DNA of 54,191 bases, counting the filler, from Sluysia triapertura (Eukaryota): assembly GCA_046118255.1 (NCBI GenBank). It is 4 parts of 4 records of this genome, joined end to end, with 100 filler letters (N's around TTAATTAATTAA, not from the genome) between each part and the next. Parts side by side here need not be neighbours in the genome. Positions count along the whole stretch, not along the records: positions 42,291 to 54,191 come from JBJNIA010158601.1; 3 more parts are not named here. One strand, written 5' to 3'. Positions 51,401-54,191 of the stretch are shown here, one piece after another. The notes beneath the pieces are model-generated. The model made no database searches. It saw only the letters and a program-made list of their open reading frames with translations, and was not told the DNA's origin. The translations under genes and the position numbers were made by a program. Position 1 is the stretch's first letter; each line of letters begins with the position of its first letter.

Positions 51401-52500
51401 TGTGGAATTTTGATATCAGTCTGTAAGACATATTTTCCTGTCCTAGTTGTATTTAGATCTTTACACATTTTATTTTCTGTTATTGAGAAGTAATTGAACT
51501 AATTTCTCAAAATTTTCAACACATCAACATAACACTACCTTTACAATCACATTAGATCCAGACAACTTAAATTTCCATAATTTAAAATCGTTATATAACT
51601 TAAAATCTTTACAATTAAAAAATTCAAATTTAGCAATAAATGAAATTTCTATAAAAAACACTTTCAACTTTTCTGAATTCTCTCTACTATAATTATTTTT
51701 CTTATTCTCTCTTTTTCGTGTTAACTAATTACAAAAATAATCCTTGTTACAATTATACCAATTTATATAACCAAAAAAATTATGGTTATAATCGTTACAT
51801 CAGTGCACCTGCAGTTACTAATGCATCTTTTCAAATTCAAGTTCAAGTTATATAATATTCAATAAAAACCTATTCAATCAATAGGTGAATGTACATGTTG
51901 ATCAAACAATTGTTCTGAAAACTGAACCTATTGATTATGCAACATGTGAGAATACTAACAGTATCTAGGATTGTCACAGCCAGGCCTAGAATGGAAAATA
52001 AAAATGGATGAGCATCAGTTTCCAAAAGAATTCGTGTTTCAGACAAAATCGGAAGCGAAAACTAAGCATGTTAAATCAAAAAATGAGTTTATCATTCACT
52101 CGAACTTCCAAAAGCAAATTAATTAATTTCAAATTTATCATCGAAACAGAAAAATGAATTTAAGAAAATTAAGGCTGCATTTGAAGCGCGTGTTCGTGAA
52201 AAGTATAAATCGCACTTCCTTCAAAAATCTAAACTGGATAATCTGATTATAGAACATCGAGAAAGAACGATCAAGAAAGATCAAATGAATACAAATTTAG
52301 GAAATCATTGAAAATAATTTACTAAATAATAAGTTATAATTGGTAATTAAAGGACTTGAAGAATAAGTACAAAACAATCAAATTTTAATCGATAATTTAA
52401 GCAAAATTAAACCAGAAATTGATCGTAGAATGATAATGTTGCAAGAAAATTTAGAAATAAAAGAAGAATCAAATTTTACTAATAAACTCACTTCAAAATT
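51401..52500 (+). mobile_element. Possible diverged TGTGG-family composite element (cargo ORF type C)
   Basis: TGTGG at 51401. A/C-rich tract with cataatttaaaatcgttatataacttaaaatc, similar to the reverse complement of 16615-16650. Hairpin at 51876-51936, then a broken ORF from about 52005 (MDEHQFPKEFVFQTKSEAK...EFKKIKAAFEARVREKYK). Confidence 0.35.
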
Positions 52501-52809
52501 AATTTTATTATAAATATATAATTAAGATGTGTTTGATGATATTTTGGATCGTAACTTCACATTTTGCATTTTGGGTATATTTATGCATATTTTCCAACTG
52601 TATTTTTAAAATGAATAAAGCAAATAACAACACATTTGTTGGTGAATATTATAATATTAAAATGCTTAAAAACAAAATACGGCAGCGTGTCAAATTGCTT
52701 TCATTGATTCTATATATGCACTACTAAAATTAGTAGTGAAGCACAAAATTTTATTTCCACAAAGATCTTTATACTAAGACTTAATTGCGTACAATTAAAT
52801 CAATGTAAA

Positions 52810-53201
52810 ATGGCTCCTAATATGCCAGTAGTCATAAAGGAAATTGATGTTATTGATAACTCGAACGTCCAAGATGGTGAAGAAATACTATAAGTAGAGA
52901 ATAAGTATAATGCAGCCTTTATTTCAGTAATGTGTTAATCCACTCCAAGTTTCTATGATCTGTAGTTAGCTTCGACGTCGATGAATTTGATGAGATTAAA
53001 TCAGAAGTTAAAGCATCTTGTGTTGCAGTGGAAATGAACATAAACACATTATGATCGTGAATGAGTCAGTCAATAAAGTTGGTTCCTTTAACAATGAATT
53101 CAGTATTAATCCTTTTAGTTTCACATAATTTTAATTCTATGATCAAATGTGGCGAACTCATGAAGGATGATTCATGGCCTAATCCTTTCCTAAATGAATG
53201 A
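52810..53201 (+). pseudogene. Intronless, internally deleted SET/TAF-I (NAP family histone chaperone) pseudogene
   Basis: EIDVIDNSNVQDGEEIL*VENKYN ([21 protein letters not shown]), VDEFDEIKS (EFEDIKSG), LQWK (IKWK), GELMKDDSWPNPF (GEVIKDDIWPNPL), all in the correct order. Confidence 0.82.
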
Positions 53202-53654
53202 AGTAATACTTTTTAACTATCTATTGTTTCCTATCTCTAATGATTTTATCTTTGTAGGATTCTTTCCCCAAATGTTATAACAATTTTATTTTCATAATTT
53301 TAAATTAATTGTGTTCTTCAAGATAATAATAATTGTTTATTTCAAATAGGAATTTTCAAATAAAAATTATATAAATATTTAGCTCAAAAATAATAACAGT
53401 TAAGTGTTGTCATACTTACAGTTACGCCCTCTTTTGTAGACCCACAATTTAAAAGTCTGTACTGGTATATCTTAAATATGTTCGTTTTTTAAATATATAG
53501 TCAGAAATTCTATTCTTTCTTTACTTGAAAATTTTTAAATTAATTTTATCGAAAATAATATTGATATGGGACTACACCCTAAAATTAATTTTTTATTTAT
53601 GAATAATGATTAATTATTAATGAATATTACGCTTTCAATGATATCAAATTATTT

Positions 53655-53915
53655 ACTTATTATTATTATTATCATTATTGTCATTATTATTATTATCATT
53701 ATTATTGTCATTATTTATTAATTTATAAATAATAATTTAATTTATCAATTTTATTATTATTATTATTATTATCATTATTATTATTATTATTATCATTATT
53801 ATTATTAGCATTATCATCATCATTATTATTATCATTTTTATTAGCATTATTATCATCATCATTATCATTATTATCATCATTATTATTATCATTATTTTTA
53901 TTATCATTATTATTA
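53655..53915. repeat. (ATT/ATC)n degenerate microsatellite
   Basis: Directly visible. Shorter (AAT)n tracts also occur near 3851-3903, 5536-5590, 11357-11397, 39613-39663 and 50477-50544. Confidence 0.95.
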
Positions 53916-54191
53916 CTGTGGAGGGCAATAAATACTCGAATTTAAACAATCTATTACAATTTTTATTTACTTTTAGTTTTTTGTCAAAATTATTTATAAC
54001 ATTAATTAAACAAAACATTTTAACTTTAATTTAATTATCTGTAACAAAATAGGCGTAAGGCCCATAAAATTATGAAATTTAGAATAATAACAAAATTTGG
54101 CATTTTTTATTAAAAAACAATAAAGAAAAACACAACGAGTAAATAATAAATACAACCGAGTTTAACAATAAAACTGGCTCGATTAACTTGG

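Overview
Very AT-rich (roughly 75-80% A+T by eye) eukaryotic, most likely animal, genomic DNA. It comes from a draft assembly: three artificial N44-TTAATTAATTAA-N44 contig linkers plus three plain N gaps. Gene density is low. The only confidently identified host gene is the 3' end of calaxin/EFCAB1 (+ strand exons 20531-20635 and 25537-25638). A second, unidentified spliced gene end lies on the - strand (40114-40171, 39970-40019). The rest is mostly a graveyard of decayed elements: Tc1/Tc3, mariner, piggyBac, two hAT-type MITEs, two LINE RT remnants, a gag-like relic with an 11-aa repeat, a Polinton/Maverick-type DNA polymerase B relic, a tRNA-Ala-derived SINE-like copy, and intronless relics of PP1 and SET/TAF-I. 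The most unusual signal is a dispersed composite element family seen 3-5 times. It has a sharp 5'-TGTGG..CAACC terminus, a tract resembling a LINE RT 3' region, a ~60-67 nt hairpin whose structure is kept while its sequence changes, a head-to-head CCAAT palindrome, and then a cargo ORF that differs between copies. All protein assignments come from manual translation and recalled family motifs; no database search was run. Boundaries of degenerate elements are approximate.
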